A stretch of 64,000 bases of DNA from Schizochytrium sp. TIO01. Taxonomy: Eukaryota; Protista; Bigyra: Labyrinthulomycetes. Below the pieces are notes generated by a model. That model was not told where the DNA came from. It was given only the letters and a program-made list of their open reading frames with translations, and did no database searches. Positions within the stretch are counted from its first letter, which is position 1. Every line of letters begins with the position of its first letter. Location: NCBI GenBank assembly GCA_004764695.1, contig SMSO01000032.1, forward strand, positions 3,038,001 through 3,102,000, given 5' to 3'. This document shows positions 9,901-20,306 of this stretch, piece by piece. A program made the position numbers and the translations under genes.

Positions 9901-12266
9901 TGAGGGACACACCCGCTTGGGAGCGGGGAAGGGAGACAATTTTTGCAATGGCAGATGCAATTGTTGACCAAGTAGATACATGGCGAGAGTCTCATCCGGA
10001 TCCTGACGATGTCGGGCCAATCCTAGGCACGGAAGATGACAAGATTGATCCTGGTGAAACATTGTACGGCCGTTCTACCCAAGCACTTTTGAAGGTTGTC
10101 GACGACTTCATTAATAATGTTGAAGAAGATGCGAATTCACTACGTCAAGAGGCAGTACATAAAATCATGAGAAGTATGGATATAGAATCTATTAGGTTAC
10201 TGAGTAAAATTGACCCGCAAGGCCTGGGCCTTGCGGGTTGCCGTATACTAATAACCTGTGATCTTTTCATTCGCGCTAGTGAAGGGGATACAAATGTTCC
10301 AGATGAAATAGATGCAGACATCAAGCTTCGAAGTTTGTGCAAAACTATTGAATGTCTCATCCAGACAGGTTGTTCTTGTATTTTACTTTCCGACGCCAAC
10401 GAACCTGGGTCAGAGGAGCAGAGAGCATCGCTTGCGAGTATTTCGGAAGAGCTTTCAACTCGCTTAGGGCGCGAAGTAAATTTCATTGCTGACGTTTGCG
10501 ATGAAGAAAGCCGCGTACTTCTTGGTATTGGAAAGGGTCAAGCTGAAAGCATAGATGGTGAAAATGATGAAAATGATGACGATGAAGAAAGTGATAGTGA
10601 TTCAAAGAGTGACGAAGGAAAGAATGACGAAAATCAAGATCAGCATAGTGAAACGACTGATAGAAAGCGATTGGACCCAGACGATATCACAGTGGTGCTT
10701 TTACAGTCCCATCCAAACCAGAAACCCTCAGCTAACTCTGGAGAAATTATCGAGCAGTATGTTGACGTAGTTGTTCATGATTGCATTTCTGGTATGGAAA
10801 ACTCTATAGCAATGCTACCTTTTCTGAAAAACGTCCCTGAACACTATGCCGGTTTTGGTCTCGAGAACGAGGTCAGTATCGTTCGTTGCACTCTAGAAAA
10901 ACAGTTAATAGTTATTATTGGAGGCGAACCAAATGAGTACCCAAAGCAAACAAAGATTAATTGTTCGACTTCAGACACTGAGAGTAGGTTAAGTGGGCGA
11001 AGTACTGGTGAAAAAGATGAAGGTGAAGATGAAGAGGAAGATGAAGAGGAAGATGAAGATGAAGATGAAGATGAAGATGAGAGCGAGGACAAGAGTGCAC
11101 GCGAAGGAAAGCAAGGAACCGGACAAAACGAAAAGGTCTCAACACAGGATATAGTTGAAGGCAAAGAAATAAATGCCGAAAACGACCCATCCACCCAGTC
11201 AGGTAGCGGCAATGAATCGATTGATTCTAACGACAAGGCTGACAAAGATCACGACGACGAAGATCTCAAAAGCATATCTTCAGAAGGGTCAGCGTCAATC
11301 TCTTCTTCTTCTTCTTCTTCTTCGTCTTCGGGCTCCTCCGATTTCTCATCCGTTAGCGAGGATAGTCTCAAAATTAACCCTTTGAATGCAGGGTTTTTGC
11401 CACAACTTCGGATGCTGAAAGGTATGGTAAAAAGTCAAATTGTGTCTGCCCTTCTCATTGTAGGTGAGCTTGGAAATTTGTTCCGCACTGCTCTTGCGGA
11501 TCTAGGACAAGTAGCAGAGATTCGACTTTTACGGAATTTGGAAGGTGTATACGAACCACTCATCATTCCCTCAAATCAAGATCTGGCGCGAATACTCGAA
11601 GAAAACGTTACAAGTGAAACGTTGATTAATATTTCCCAGCGTGAACTTGAACTGGCACGCCAGATCCTCGAAGAAGCTCGTAGACGTCATATTATGGTCA
11701 AGTTATTCACATCAAAAGAACCTCGTGAGGCGAAAATCCAGCTTTCAGAGTTTGTGAAGCGTTCAGATACGAGTTGTAACCTTGTTGTGCTTGCAGAGGC
11801 TCCCCATGAGTATGCCACACGACATCTTTTACGTCAATTCGGAGAATCAGGTACATCCGTTTTTCTTGGTATTCCAGGTGCTTGGACGCAACTTGAAATT
11901 TTAAAGTCTGGATCCCATGACGACGAGACTCTCGAAGAAGAGATGGACGAAGAGGACCGTGCGGACGTCGAGGATGTGGATGACAATTCGCAGGGTCACG
12001 ATGTAGACGGAGCAGAAGAACAAGATGAGACAGAGGACCCTCCAGCAAGTTCTGGTGAGATCAAAAGCCCTAGAGATGGGGTCGACTATCAGGGCGAAGA
12101 AACGGATGACCCTTTCCACCTTCAATTAATGAAGATTGTACCTTGGACTCGATTTATGCAAGGAATCTTTGCGCTGGAGCCACTTAATCCACCAGTGGGA
12201 CTGCTGCTACCGAGTACAGCTGAAGATAAATTGGCTCCTAATGACACAGCAGCAACAACAACTTAA
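6972..12266 (+). CDS. MYCBPAP: MYCBP-associated protein (MYCBPAP/FAP147-like axonemal protein) with C-terminal degenerate phosphoglycerate kinase-like domain
   Basis: Coiled region ending EYWKMSLRG, followed by an ASH/Ig-like domain (IQNSGSTVLFFNW..GVVLP..FSFKS..PG.WKQ.W.L.TTP) typical of MYCBPAP. The C-terminal half follows PGK motif order. First ATG at 6972. Confidence 0.7.
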   Translation: MAELPSATESKSFCATTAPPDVARNLHAFHSADGKAKQGRLEESNDNMTFPMRPGKKRILVRVSGDARGESSASPIHTHNLSTEPGPGRGAQNPREGLNKKKLFVAKTVDMQQVVVNNQSVSPQGKADLKTVYETPLGKCTTSPTFSQSAELDAHQTIQHFSSFDPVCSSGPRYDSRGKVIAYSILGDVEDFMRLTRSKSGNSSGALSRSPSRISRRSSRRASARFEQMRTNRSQSFSPSTHNSDVMAMESLTGSIELGYGPGTAQTPLHPTSPAGRQAYLEQVRQLAAEETRIRAQASRTREEVERKRKEAGMLTHERLLSQRQERALAAHGEWQREWGRFKEAMCQLSGKDIDDLVISRADAYRERMEEYNYISEATPHHEKHGSEYWKMSLRGMGTRYVAVGNIFSGLFCPVNETSKNELQMIRIPRLAYQSHESHDHSVKPSWRDSPVLQRTQRSLAANLRRLRPHRVSHNNADALVIRGEPLLEWAYVSMETEALDEAAQIANPNANLGSSDEGLMLEHNSLATFQTNSRIQDGTGSTHGPDCSLLHASAVQKPESIVGSTPSHQANWALSFSTEQNKISTISVSIQNSGSTVLFFNWHQLDTIPGLPDDVSAVFYCSHPDGVVLPRQQLSIVFSFKSALPGAWKQIWVLRTTPKTCKAESLVLELRAVCNHVDQSRTQRLLALADLEVKGRKLEHEVQERLANKLAMENQELAQQDAEYGLSQEELVILRRLRFERANRALGLYYHPELEEDIMKLAFKVFSQLYAFDMVSSSSDRTSEIGNKVLSALKSWKQEPSLVTLRAAVARIEAGEPLRPKCRAATITSDDEENIENSSGIKEIKMDTSKMIETLVNNDNTNRTVATESHDEDQERTKSTQPSPEDLINESCSSELGDPTAPAPEPESGVSVSFESTTIEPLPLNGTEQMENCGGDDEATETIDYILLEHERLARTAERLASEIQTIGDCMIMPPLRDTPAWERGRETIFAMADAIVDQVDTWRESHPDPDDVGPILGTEDDKIDPGETLYGRSTQALLKVVDDFINNVEEDANSLRQEAVHKIMRSMDIESIRLLSKIDPQGLGLAGCRILITCDLFIRASEGDTNVPDEIDADIKLRSLCKTIECLIQTGCSCILLSDANEPGSEEQRASLASISEELSTRLGREVNFIADVCDEESRVLLGIGKGQAESIDGENDENDDDEESDSDSKSDEGKNDENQDQHSETTDRKRLDPDDITVVLLQSHPNQKPSANSGEIIEQYVDVVVHDCISGMENSIAMLPFLKNVPEHYAGFGLENEVSIVRCTLEKQLIVIIGGEPNEYPKQTKINCSTSDTESRLSGRSTGEKDEGEDEEEDEEEDEDEDEDEDESEDKSAREGKQGTGQNEKVSTQDIVEGKEINAENDPSTQSGSGNESIDSNDKADKDHDDEDLKSISSEGSASISSSSSSSSSSGSSDFSSVSEDSLKINPLNAGFLPQLRMLKGMVKSQIVSALLIVGELGNLFRTALADLGQVAEIRLLRNLEGVYEPLIIPSNQDLARILEENVTSETLINISQRELELARQILEEARRRHIMVKLFTSKEPREAKIQLSEFVKRSDTSCNLVVLAEAPHEYATRHLLRQFGESGTSVFLGIPGAWTQLEILKSGSHDDETLEEEMDEEDRADVEDVDDNSQGHDVDGAEEQDETEDPPASSGEIKSPRDGVDYQGEETDDPFHLQLMKIVPWTRFMQGIFALEPLNPPVGLLLPSTAEDKLAPNDTAATTT

Positions 12267-13817
12267 GACTAGTTAATACTCCATAGTACATTGTATCTCA
12301 AACAAGGAAAATGCCATCATTCCCGTCAAAACCAAATAAAAAAATGAATAAACATATGTATGGTTGATGTCCTTTCTTGAAGACAGTAAAATAGGATTGC
12401 TTTATAATTCTTAGATGCGTAGTACTTGTTATTGTGACCACATTGACATGAAAAAGACACATTGTGAATCTATGACGGTAGCTCTGTAAGCGCTCATCGC
12501 TTTGGACAGTCCCTATATGATGATGGCTTCGTATTCTGCTGTTGTTCCAGTATTTCGAGTTAACCCGTTGAAGCTATGTGTCCGCAACATTCTATATTCG
12601 AATTTGTATTGCTTATATTCTTATTTTATACTGTTTCTAATTCAAATTGAACAACTCATATCCAAGGTGCCAATTGTTTTTGACATTTTCAATAAATAAA
12701 TACTAGGCATTGCGTGATTACTTTAGCTTAAAGTTTAACCCAAGCTAAAAAATTAAACTTATTACCTCTAACTCTAGCTAGCGACAGTGAATTATAGGCC
12801 TCATATAATAGTAGGTATCGGGTACAACATAAATAGGATTTAAATGCTGTTTCAGAATAAAGACTCTAAGGGTTTTCAAAAGTACCTATCTTCCTCGCCA
12901 CTCCGCTCTAGTACTTCCCACCATGCTACTTCAATTTAAAACATAGGGTACCCTACTTACCCTTGTAGTATTGAAATTAACGTTTTCCTAATTCCACTCT
13001 CCCGGCTACCCCTTCTCTTATTATAACTTTGAAAATTGACAAGTCAAAGCAATTATGCCGTGCTACCCCAGCACCGAACCTACCAACATTATGAAATGAG
13101 TAAAAAGCTAGAATTTATTTTCGGATCCAGGCCAGGAGCGATACAAATAGCACACACTCAGTTTAAATTAAGTTGAGTGTACACCTACTAAAAGTGCAAG
13201 CAGCACACACAAATCTCCAATTGAATGTGAGAACACCATGATCAATGATTACCAACACGTATGGATTGGAAGATAGTCATCATCTGATACTACATGGTAG
13301 TACTACTTAGCGACTGTTATGTCGTACGAGGTGGAGCGAACAGGATTCTCCCAAGTACACACCATTTAGAACAGATATCCGTTGTTACAATGCACTTCTG
13401 CTTTCATTTTAAACATCACATCTCAGAGCCTTTTATTTTTTAGTATACCTGTCTCTTTCTTTAGTAGGTATCTCATCTTTTGCACCTGCATGAGAACCGT
13501 GCTAAGTAATAAGGGGGAACTTTAGGTTCCAAAGCCAGGTAAGGTGAGAATCAAGAAGTGGAGTACATATGACTCTCAATAAGAAACGTGGGGAGGAGCT
13601 AGTAAGTAAGTGGGTGAGTAAGTGAGCAAGAAGCAAGTAAGGTAATGAAAGTGGGAACCTTTTAACCTGATTTGTTGAGATCAAGCTGGGTTTGCACAAG
13701 AGTTGAAATAGTGAGCGAACAAGAACTCGATTAGCGAGCACGGCCGGCGAAGGTTCGCCTGCCTGTGTGCGCAAGTCGTAGGCACAACAGTGCACAGGGG
13801 TTGCAAAGTGTTGCACG

Positions 13818-16800
13818 ATGTCTGAGATTGCAAACTCTAGTGAAGAGAACCAAGAGGAAATTTCAACAAGGCCTCTGGGAGAAACTTCAGTGACTAAGAC
13901 ATCTACTTCTTTGTCAAATGTTCATGTCACAAGCGAAAACCTCAGTCTGCTTGCAAGTCTTGTTCCAGCTAGTGTGATTCGTTATCATCTTGAAAAGAAA
14001 GGCGAAAATCGACTTGCATCATTTTCAGAAGAATATGAAGGTGCAGTGCTCTTTGCAGATATTTCAGGTTTTTCAAGTCTAGCTGAGAAGCTTGCTAAGG
14101 ATCTCAATTGTGCAGCAAATGCTGCAGAGAGTCTCTCTTCTTATATTGGGCAATCTTTGGAAAAGATGGTGCTAGAGGTCTGCTCTAAAGGAGGCGATGT
14201 TATCAAGTTTGCTGGTGATGCAATCCTCACTGTTTTTCCTGCTTCTAAGTTTGCAAATCTTAATGAAGCCACTCTATGTTGTGTGCAGGTAGGCCTTAAT
14301 TTACTGAAGCTTGACTTAAAAGCTGGTGGTGTGCAGCTTTCTGTTCATTGCGGTGTTGGAGCTGGAAAGGTCATTAGTTATCATGTCGGTGGACGCTTTG
14401 ATCGCTGGGAGTATGTAATCACTGGAGATCCAATTGAACAAATCGGATCTGCAGAACCAGAAGCCTCGGCGGGCGAGGTGGTGATTGCCAAAGCAGCATA
14501 CCACCCAATCGCTGGACAATGCAAGGGCGCTGCTCTTCCAAGTGGTAACTTCCGTGTTGATAAGCTTTTGGATTGTCCAGAACTCATCACATTTCCACTT
14601 ATTTCAACCGAACTACAACCCTTGGCGCAAGAGCCAAATGAGATGCTTCGCATGCAAACATGTCTTCGGAGCTATGTACCAAGACCAGTTTTGCAAGCTC
14701 TTGATGCAGGACAGAGCCTTTGGTTTTCAGAGCTGCGTTTGTGTTCTACGCTTTTCTGCCGACTGAAAGGTCTACAATTCAAATCAACACAAAATCTCGA
14801 CCTCATCCATCGGGCTGTTTGCACAGTACAGAAACACGTTTATGCATATGAAGGAACCTTGTGTCGTTTCATTGTCGATGATAAAGGTGCTGGTTTGCTA
14901 CTCGCCTTTGGCTTACCTCCTTTTATGCATGAAAATGATCCTATCCGAGCAACCAAATCAGCAATGGACATCTGCACTGGAGTTTCGGACCTAATAAATG
15001 ATGATGGTGAGCCCTTAAGCGCATCTATTGGTGTGACGAGCGGCAGAGTGTTCTGTGGTACAACAGGTGGACGAGTGAGGTGCGAATATACCATGCACGG
15101 TACTCTTGTAAATTTAGCCGCAAGATATATGGTAGCCGCCAAAACAGGAGTCCTATGCGGTCAGACAACCTATCGGGAGGCTTGTCAACAAATTGAATTT
15201 GGGGAACCTGAAAAGTTGAAAGTAAAAGGCAAAGAAGAAGAAGTTCTTGTTTATCGACCCTTAGGCTCAAAGATGCAGATGGGATTCGATATGACCAAAA
15301 CCGACACACCACTACTTGGACGTAAACTAGAAATTGATGCAATGGTGGAAGCTATTCGTCGCTTAACAATACAAGCTGATCTGAGTGAAGTAATTATTTT
15401 CACTGGCGACGCTGGAATTGGCAAGTCAAGACTCATGGAGAAAGGCTACAGTTTAGCCAAAAAACACAAATGCAGTGTACTCTACGGCAAAGGCTTAGAT
15501 ACAGAAAGCGCTACAGTATTTTACTTATTTCGAGGAATATTCTCACAGCTGATTGATTTGTACTTCACTAAGGTCATCCAATACAAGTATAAGATATGGG
15601 TGCAAATATCAAATCAAGGAGCTTTTGAAGGCATTGCTTCAACTTTCTCACACTCTTTTAGCGAACATCTTTTCACAAAGTATCTCACCAAAGCGTTTTT
15701 TGAAAAACTCGACAATATTTGTCGACCGGATCCTGATGATGAATCGGATGATGTTGACAACGGCGAAGCGACTGCTTCTGCAGATTTCCTCAAGTACATG
15801 GGGCTCACAGAAAACCCATCGGCTACAACTGCCTTGCCTTCTCGCAATGTCGAAGTAACCGTTCCGCCTTTGGAATCACTTCCAGAATCAATTCGTCTTT
15901 GTGTTGTTCGAGACATGATCCCAGTTGGCAAGGACAACCTTGAGGAAATGTACCCCTTGCTGAACATATTTATCCCCAAGATTGTTCAGAGCTCTGATAC
16001 AGAAGCAACAGCAAAAATGAGGAAAGAAGTAAGGGCTGAAAACCGAGTTCGACTTATCAAAGAAATCTTTTCTAAGGTTACAGAAGAACTTGAGGCCATA
16101 CAGGTCCTCCACGAAGACGTTGCCCAGCAACTAGGACGTCAAGACAAGGCTATGATTAGACTAGGTGTTCAGATTACAGAACCAGCGCGTTCAAGGAGTT
16201 CCCAATCGTCTGTTGGCTCAAATCTTGCACGTGGACTTTCCGCAACAAAGCCAGAGAAAGAGATATCCTCGCGTAAACGCCGCGGAAGGAACTTAAAACA
16301 GTCTCGTTCCGACGATGGGGAGGATTCAACTTCATCCCTTGGTATTGTCAAGGAGGGGCTAGTGCCAAAAAGTCCTGAACCACAATCACCTGAGACACCA
16401 ATAAGCAATGCATCGTCGCACCAAATGCATAGTAGCTATAAGATGCGTATAGGTGGAAACCAAAGATTGACACAACGTCATGATCGTCTTGTACTTTTAG
16501 TAGAGGACTGCCAGTTTGTGGATCCATTGTCGCTTCGCTTATTACAAGATATTGCAATGAGTGTTAAACCAATGCTGATCATGCTTTCACTTCGATCACT
16601 CATATTCATAGAAGATGACCTCATTTTGGAAAGTTTTCGACATGTAGAGGTGGGAAATCTTAGTCGAGAAGAAATTCGCGAGGGTATGTGCAAATGGTTG
16701 CAGGTGAAAGAAGTTCCAGATAAGGCTCTGAGTGCTGTGATGGAGAAATCATATGGACATCCACTATTCTCGGAAGAGCTCACAAAGTTGATGGTTGCTG

Positions 16801-19079
16801 AGGGGATGATATTGGTCGATGGTTCAACAGCAAAATTGTCAAATAAGGCTCAAAACGGTACCTTCGGATTGCCTGACACGGTCTCTGCTCTTATGACAAG
16901 TAAACTTGATCGTCTTAAACCATCACAGCAGTTGACGCTAAAAGTTGCTGCTGTGATCGGCGCAGAATTTCAGAGAAATGAATTAGCTGCACTGATGCCA
17001 ATTACAGTAGGAGACCGTTCTGAATCCGGGCATTTGAGCGAGGATGCTGATCAATTATCTGATGACATAAGTGCCTTGGTGGCACAGGGTTTGTTAAGTC
17101 GAGATCCATTAATGATGTACCATTATAGATTTACGAATGCAATGCTCCGAGAAAGTGCATATAATCTACTACTGTATCAGAACCGGAAGGATCTGCATCA
17201 GAAACTTGCTGAATATCAAGAAGCTCGTAACAAGGACTACCTAGAACCTGTATACTTTCTTTTAGCTACGCATTATTATCTTGCAGAAGAATACGCAAAA
17301 GCTATTGAATACTCAGAACTGGCAGGGAAAACTGCTTTGGAAGCTCATGCAATGCAGCAAGTGCTAGTCTGCTTCTCTCGCCTTATTGAGATGGACCTGC
17401 ATGTGCCAGAGGTTACTGTAGAAATTCCACTAGTTCGCAAGATTGGTTGGAAACGCCGTGTTGGTGAAGCTCTTCTTTCACTAGGCAAAGTCAACGATGC
17501 GGAGGAGTATTTTTTTGCCGCACTGGAGGACGCTAATCTCTACTCTGGACTCGGACCTGGATTGGACGATGGTTCTTGCTTTGACTTCTTCAGACGAAAT
17601 CCTAAGCTGCAACTCGTGAAAAATACTCTAGCTTTCCAAGAGCTTATCAAGAACCGGGATATAACTTTGTTATTAGAGGCATCTACAACATATGAGCTTC
17701 TATCACAAATTAACCACGATCGCACAACAAACTCCGCTCTAGAATATCGCCTTAACGCTCTTGATCTTGCACGTGCAGCAGAAAATTTCATTCGAGAATC
17801 TGAGAATATCGATACAGAACTCCTGGAAAGCGCAACAGCGCGACTTGCACGAACATACGCTTACGTTGCCGTTTTCTATGTTTGTGTAGGTTCACCCGCA
17901 ATGCTCGATTTAGCACGTGATCACATTCAAACTGCTACTCTGCTGATCGATACGACTGGCAAAGTAGAAGATTCTGTAACACAGACCTTAGTCAGGTATA
18001 AATCTGCAAAATTTGCACTTATGGTGGGAGAACTAAAGCAAGCAAGTGACAGGGTGCGGAAAGCTTTATGGATGTGCAAGTTCTTGAATTTTGAACGAAT
18101 GATGTTGGATTGTCATACTTTGTCACTCGCAATCCAACTCTTCATGGGTCGGTTAGCTAACGCGAAGCGACTTTTAGAATCAACTGTAGCCGACATGTCG
18201 CAGGCTGCACCGAACTATGTAATTCTTGCCATTGCAGCTCGTACTGCATGCCTTGCAGGAGACTTTAAATTAGCTGAGTCTTGCCTTGAGCGTATTGGAC
18301 GAATGAACTTAGGGCAGTTCAGCTCCGGGCCTGTTGCAGCTAGCAAGAAGTTGATGATGTATGCTAATCCAGAAATTCACATTGCATTGGCTCTCCTTCT
18401 ATCCAGGAAATATGGAAAGCAGGATATTGCGGCTACAGCTGCAATAAGGGGGATAGAGGCCTTGCAGAGCGAAGATCTAACAGACCTGAGTATTACTAAG
18501 TTCCACACAGCCGCCTTTCTACTTACAGCGCTTGCTGAAGGATTGAGTGGAATTCCTCTTTTGAAGACACGAGCACGGGCGCGAAAGTATCATGAATCAC
18601 AACGTATGAGCTTGTCTCAAATTATCCCTTTTGAAGACTTGGAAATCAAAGACTCAGTCAGACATATCCGTAGACAGGCGAAGCTTCACCTGAAGCGAGT
18701 CATGTCACTTTTGCGAAAGTATGTCTCAGCATACTCGGTGTGCCAGCCTCATGTGACGTATTGCAGTGGCTTATACCAGAAAATTTTGCGCGGCTCATCA
18801 AGAAACAAAACTATGAAGACCTTTTTGCAGGCTGCAGATGAGGCTTCAGCGATGGATTGTTTCTTTATCAAGGGTCTGGCCTTGTTCGAGGCTGGCCTCA
18901 TTGACCCACAGCACTGGGTTGGTGCACGCGCAGCTCTCTTGGCTTGTGGAGATGTCAAAACGGCCGCTTCCACATTATCTTCAAAGGAAGAGTTCTCGAA
19001 TATAAAGGATCTGAGCCGAGAAAATCTTATGGACGCACCTTACGAGCTAAACCTAATTGAACTTCCCGCAACAGAATGA
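13818..19079 (+). CDS. Soluble adenylyl cyclase (ADCY10-like): two class III cyclase domains, STAND P-loop NTPase, TPR-like helical C-terminus
   Basis: C1 motifs VLFADISGFS and KFAGDA; C2 motifs FIVDDKG and EYTMHGTLVNLAAR; Walker A GDAGIGKS; Walker B LVLLVED; GHPLF motif; LDRL..QQLTLKVAAVIG. Confidence 0.9.
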   Translation: MSEIANSSEENQEEISTRPLGETSVTKTSTSLSNVHVTSENLSLLASLVPASVIRYHLEKKGENRLASFSEEYEGAVLFADISGFSSLAEKLAKDLNCAANAAESLSSYIGQSLEKMVLEVCSKGGDVIKFAGDAILTVFPASKFANLNEATLCCVQVGLNLLKLDLKAGGVQLSVHCGVGAGKVISYHVGGRFDRWEYVITGDPIEQIGSAEPEASAGEVVIAKAAYHPIAGQCKGAALPSGNFRVDKLLDCPELITFPLISTELQPLAQEPNEMLRMQTCLRSYVPRPVLQALDAGQSLWFSELRLCSTLFCRLKGLQFKSTQNLDLIHRAVCTVQKHVYAYEGTLCRFIVDDKGAGLLLAFGLPPFMHENDPIRATKSAMDICTGVSDLINDDGEPLSASIGVTSGRVFCGTTGGRVRCEYTMHGTLVNLAARYMVAAKTGVLCGQTTYREACQQIEFGEPEKLKVKGKEEEVLVYRPLGSKMQMGFDMTKTDTPLLGRKLEIDAMVEAIRRLTIQADLSEVIIFTGDAGIGKSRLMEKGYSLAKKHKCSVLYGKGLDTESATVFYLFRGIFSQLIDLYFTKVIQYKYKIWVQISNQGAFEGIASTFSHSFSEHLFTKYLTKAFFEKLDNICRPDPDDESDDVDNGEATASADFLKYMGLTENPSATTALPSRNVEVTVPPLESLPESIRLCVVRDMIPVGKDNLEEMYPLLNIFIPKIVQSSDTEATAKMRKEVRAENRVRLIKEIFSKVTEELEAIQVLHEDVAQQLGRQDKAMIRLGVQITEPARSRSSQSSVGSNLARGLSATKPEKEISSRKRRGRNLKQSRSDDGEDSTSSLGIVKEGLVPKSPEPQSPETPISNASSHQMHSSYKMRIGGNQRLTQRHDRLVLLVEDCQFVDPLSLRLLQDIAMSVKPMLIMLSLRSLIFIEDDLILESFRHVEVGNLSREEIREGMCKWLQVKEVPDKALSAVMEKSYGHPLFSEELTKLMVAEGMILVDGSTAKLSNKAQNGTFGLPDTVSALMTSKLDRLKPSQQLTLKVAAVIGAEFQRNELAALMPITVGDRSESGHLSEDADQLSDDISALVAQGLLSRDPLMMYHYRFTNAMLRESAYNLLLYQNRKDLHQKLAEYQEARNKDYLEPVYFLLATHYYLAEEYAKAIEYSELAGKTALEAHAMQQVLVCFSRLIEMDLHVPEVTVEIPLVRKIGWKRRVGEALLSLGKVNDAEEYFFAALEDANLYSGLGPGLDDGSCFDFFRRNPKLQLVKNTLAFQELIKNRDITLLLEASTTYELLSQINHDRTTNSALEYRLNALDLARAAENFIRESENIDTELLESATARLARTYAYVAVFYVCVGSPAMLDLARDHIQTATLLIDTTGKVEDSVTQTLVRYKSAKFALMVGELKQASDRVRKALWMCKFLNFERMMLDCHTLSLAIQLFMGRLANAKRLLESTVADMSQAAPNYVILAIAARTACLAGDFKLAESCLERIGRMNLGQFSSGPVAASKKLMMYANPEIHIALALLLSRKYGKQDIAATAAIRGIEALQSEDLTDLSITKFHTAAFLLTALAEGLSGIPLLKTRARARKYHESQRMSLSQIIPFEDLEIKDSVRHIRRQAKLHLKRVMSLLRKYVSAYSVCQPHVTYCSGLYQKILRGSSRNKTMKTFLQAADEASAMDCFFIKGLALFEAGLIDPQHWVGARAALLACGDVKTAASTLSSKEEFSNIKDLSRENLMDAPYELNLIELPATE

Positions 19080-20306
19080 TAAAATAAACTACACTATAGT
19101 TATTTCCTTCAAGGTTGCAAGATTTATTTTATTCAAGCTATACCTTAAGATTGGAGACGTCGTCAATTTTTTAACGTAATTATTTTGTTGTTTTCTCCCG
19201 GCATAATTTGATTTCGCTATGCCAGACAATGCTTCAAATTGAGTAAATCATATATACATTCTAAGATCTCCAATCGAATGAACTTGTGAGCAAGGCAATG
19301 CTAGAGCTTTTGGCGTCTCATGTAAGTATAAAAGAATCTAGGATTTACATAGGACCAAAGCTAGGTAAACAGATACGTAGTTGTTCACTCGAAATAGCTA
19401 AACACTGAAAGTAGACACAAGCATTGATAGAATTTAGTATGATGAAATCTGAATCGATGTTGAAGAGATAAGTCATCGAACCTTTTAAATTGCGAATGGG
19501 ACAAATCTGTCTTGATCTCCTGATTGTAACATGGACTAGTCTGTTCTGAAATTTAGTTCCAAAAATAGCAGATAGCTAACTTTCAAAATCAGTCTATCGA
19601 GCCTTTCTCAAGCAATTAAACTTCATCTTCCTAAAGTCAATCTCTAGCTCTCCAGGTTCTCTTTCCACAAATTCAGACAGAAAAGCATTATGATTACAAG
19701 ATGTGCAGGCGTTATACGTGTTAAGAGAAAAGCTACAATTTAAAAATACTGTTTGGAGTGCAACTTAGTGTGACTTGCATTATTTATGTAGTACTGAAGT
19801 ATGAAAGCCCATGCTTCAATCCACTGTTAGTGGCAAGACTTCATACGATTCAAGTGTAATACTTTCAGCATTTTAAAATGTTCAAGCTAAGCAAATAAAA
19901 ATGATGAGGAGCATAAACAACTTATTCTTGAATAAGAGAAAAATAAACTCTTTACTTTTTCTGCTAGGTCATCATTTTAAATGAACATTCTGTTTGTTTT
20001 CTCTAATGAGGTGAAGTAATGCACAAATGCCCAAAACCAGAATTTGTGTAGTGGCTGATCGAGATTCAAAGAATTCGGGTCAGAATAATACACACGTTGG
20101 TAATAGCGGTTTCGAATATAAAAACGGAAGTCAAATTGACTCAGTTTTACTAAATGCATATCGCAAAACTTTAGACTACTTTAAAGATGCAGTTGAGAGG
20201 GTAGAAAGTAAAATCTCTGTATTAGAAAGGAAAAGACACTCTAACAGAACATTGTGCACATGTACAAACAGTCGGTACGCATGCTCTGGTACAGTTTGCT
20301 TAGGGT

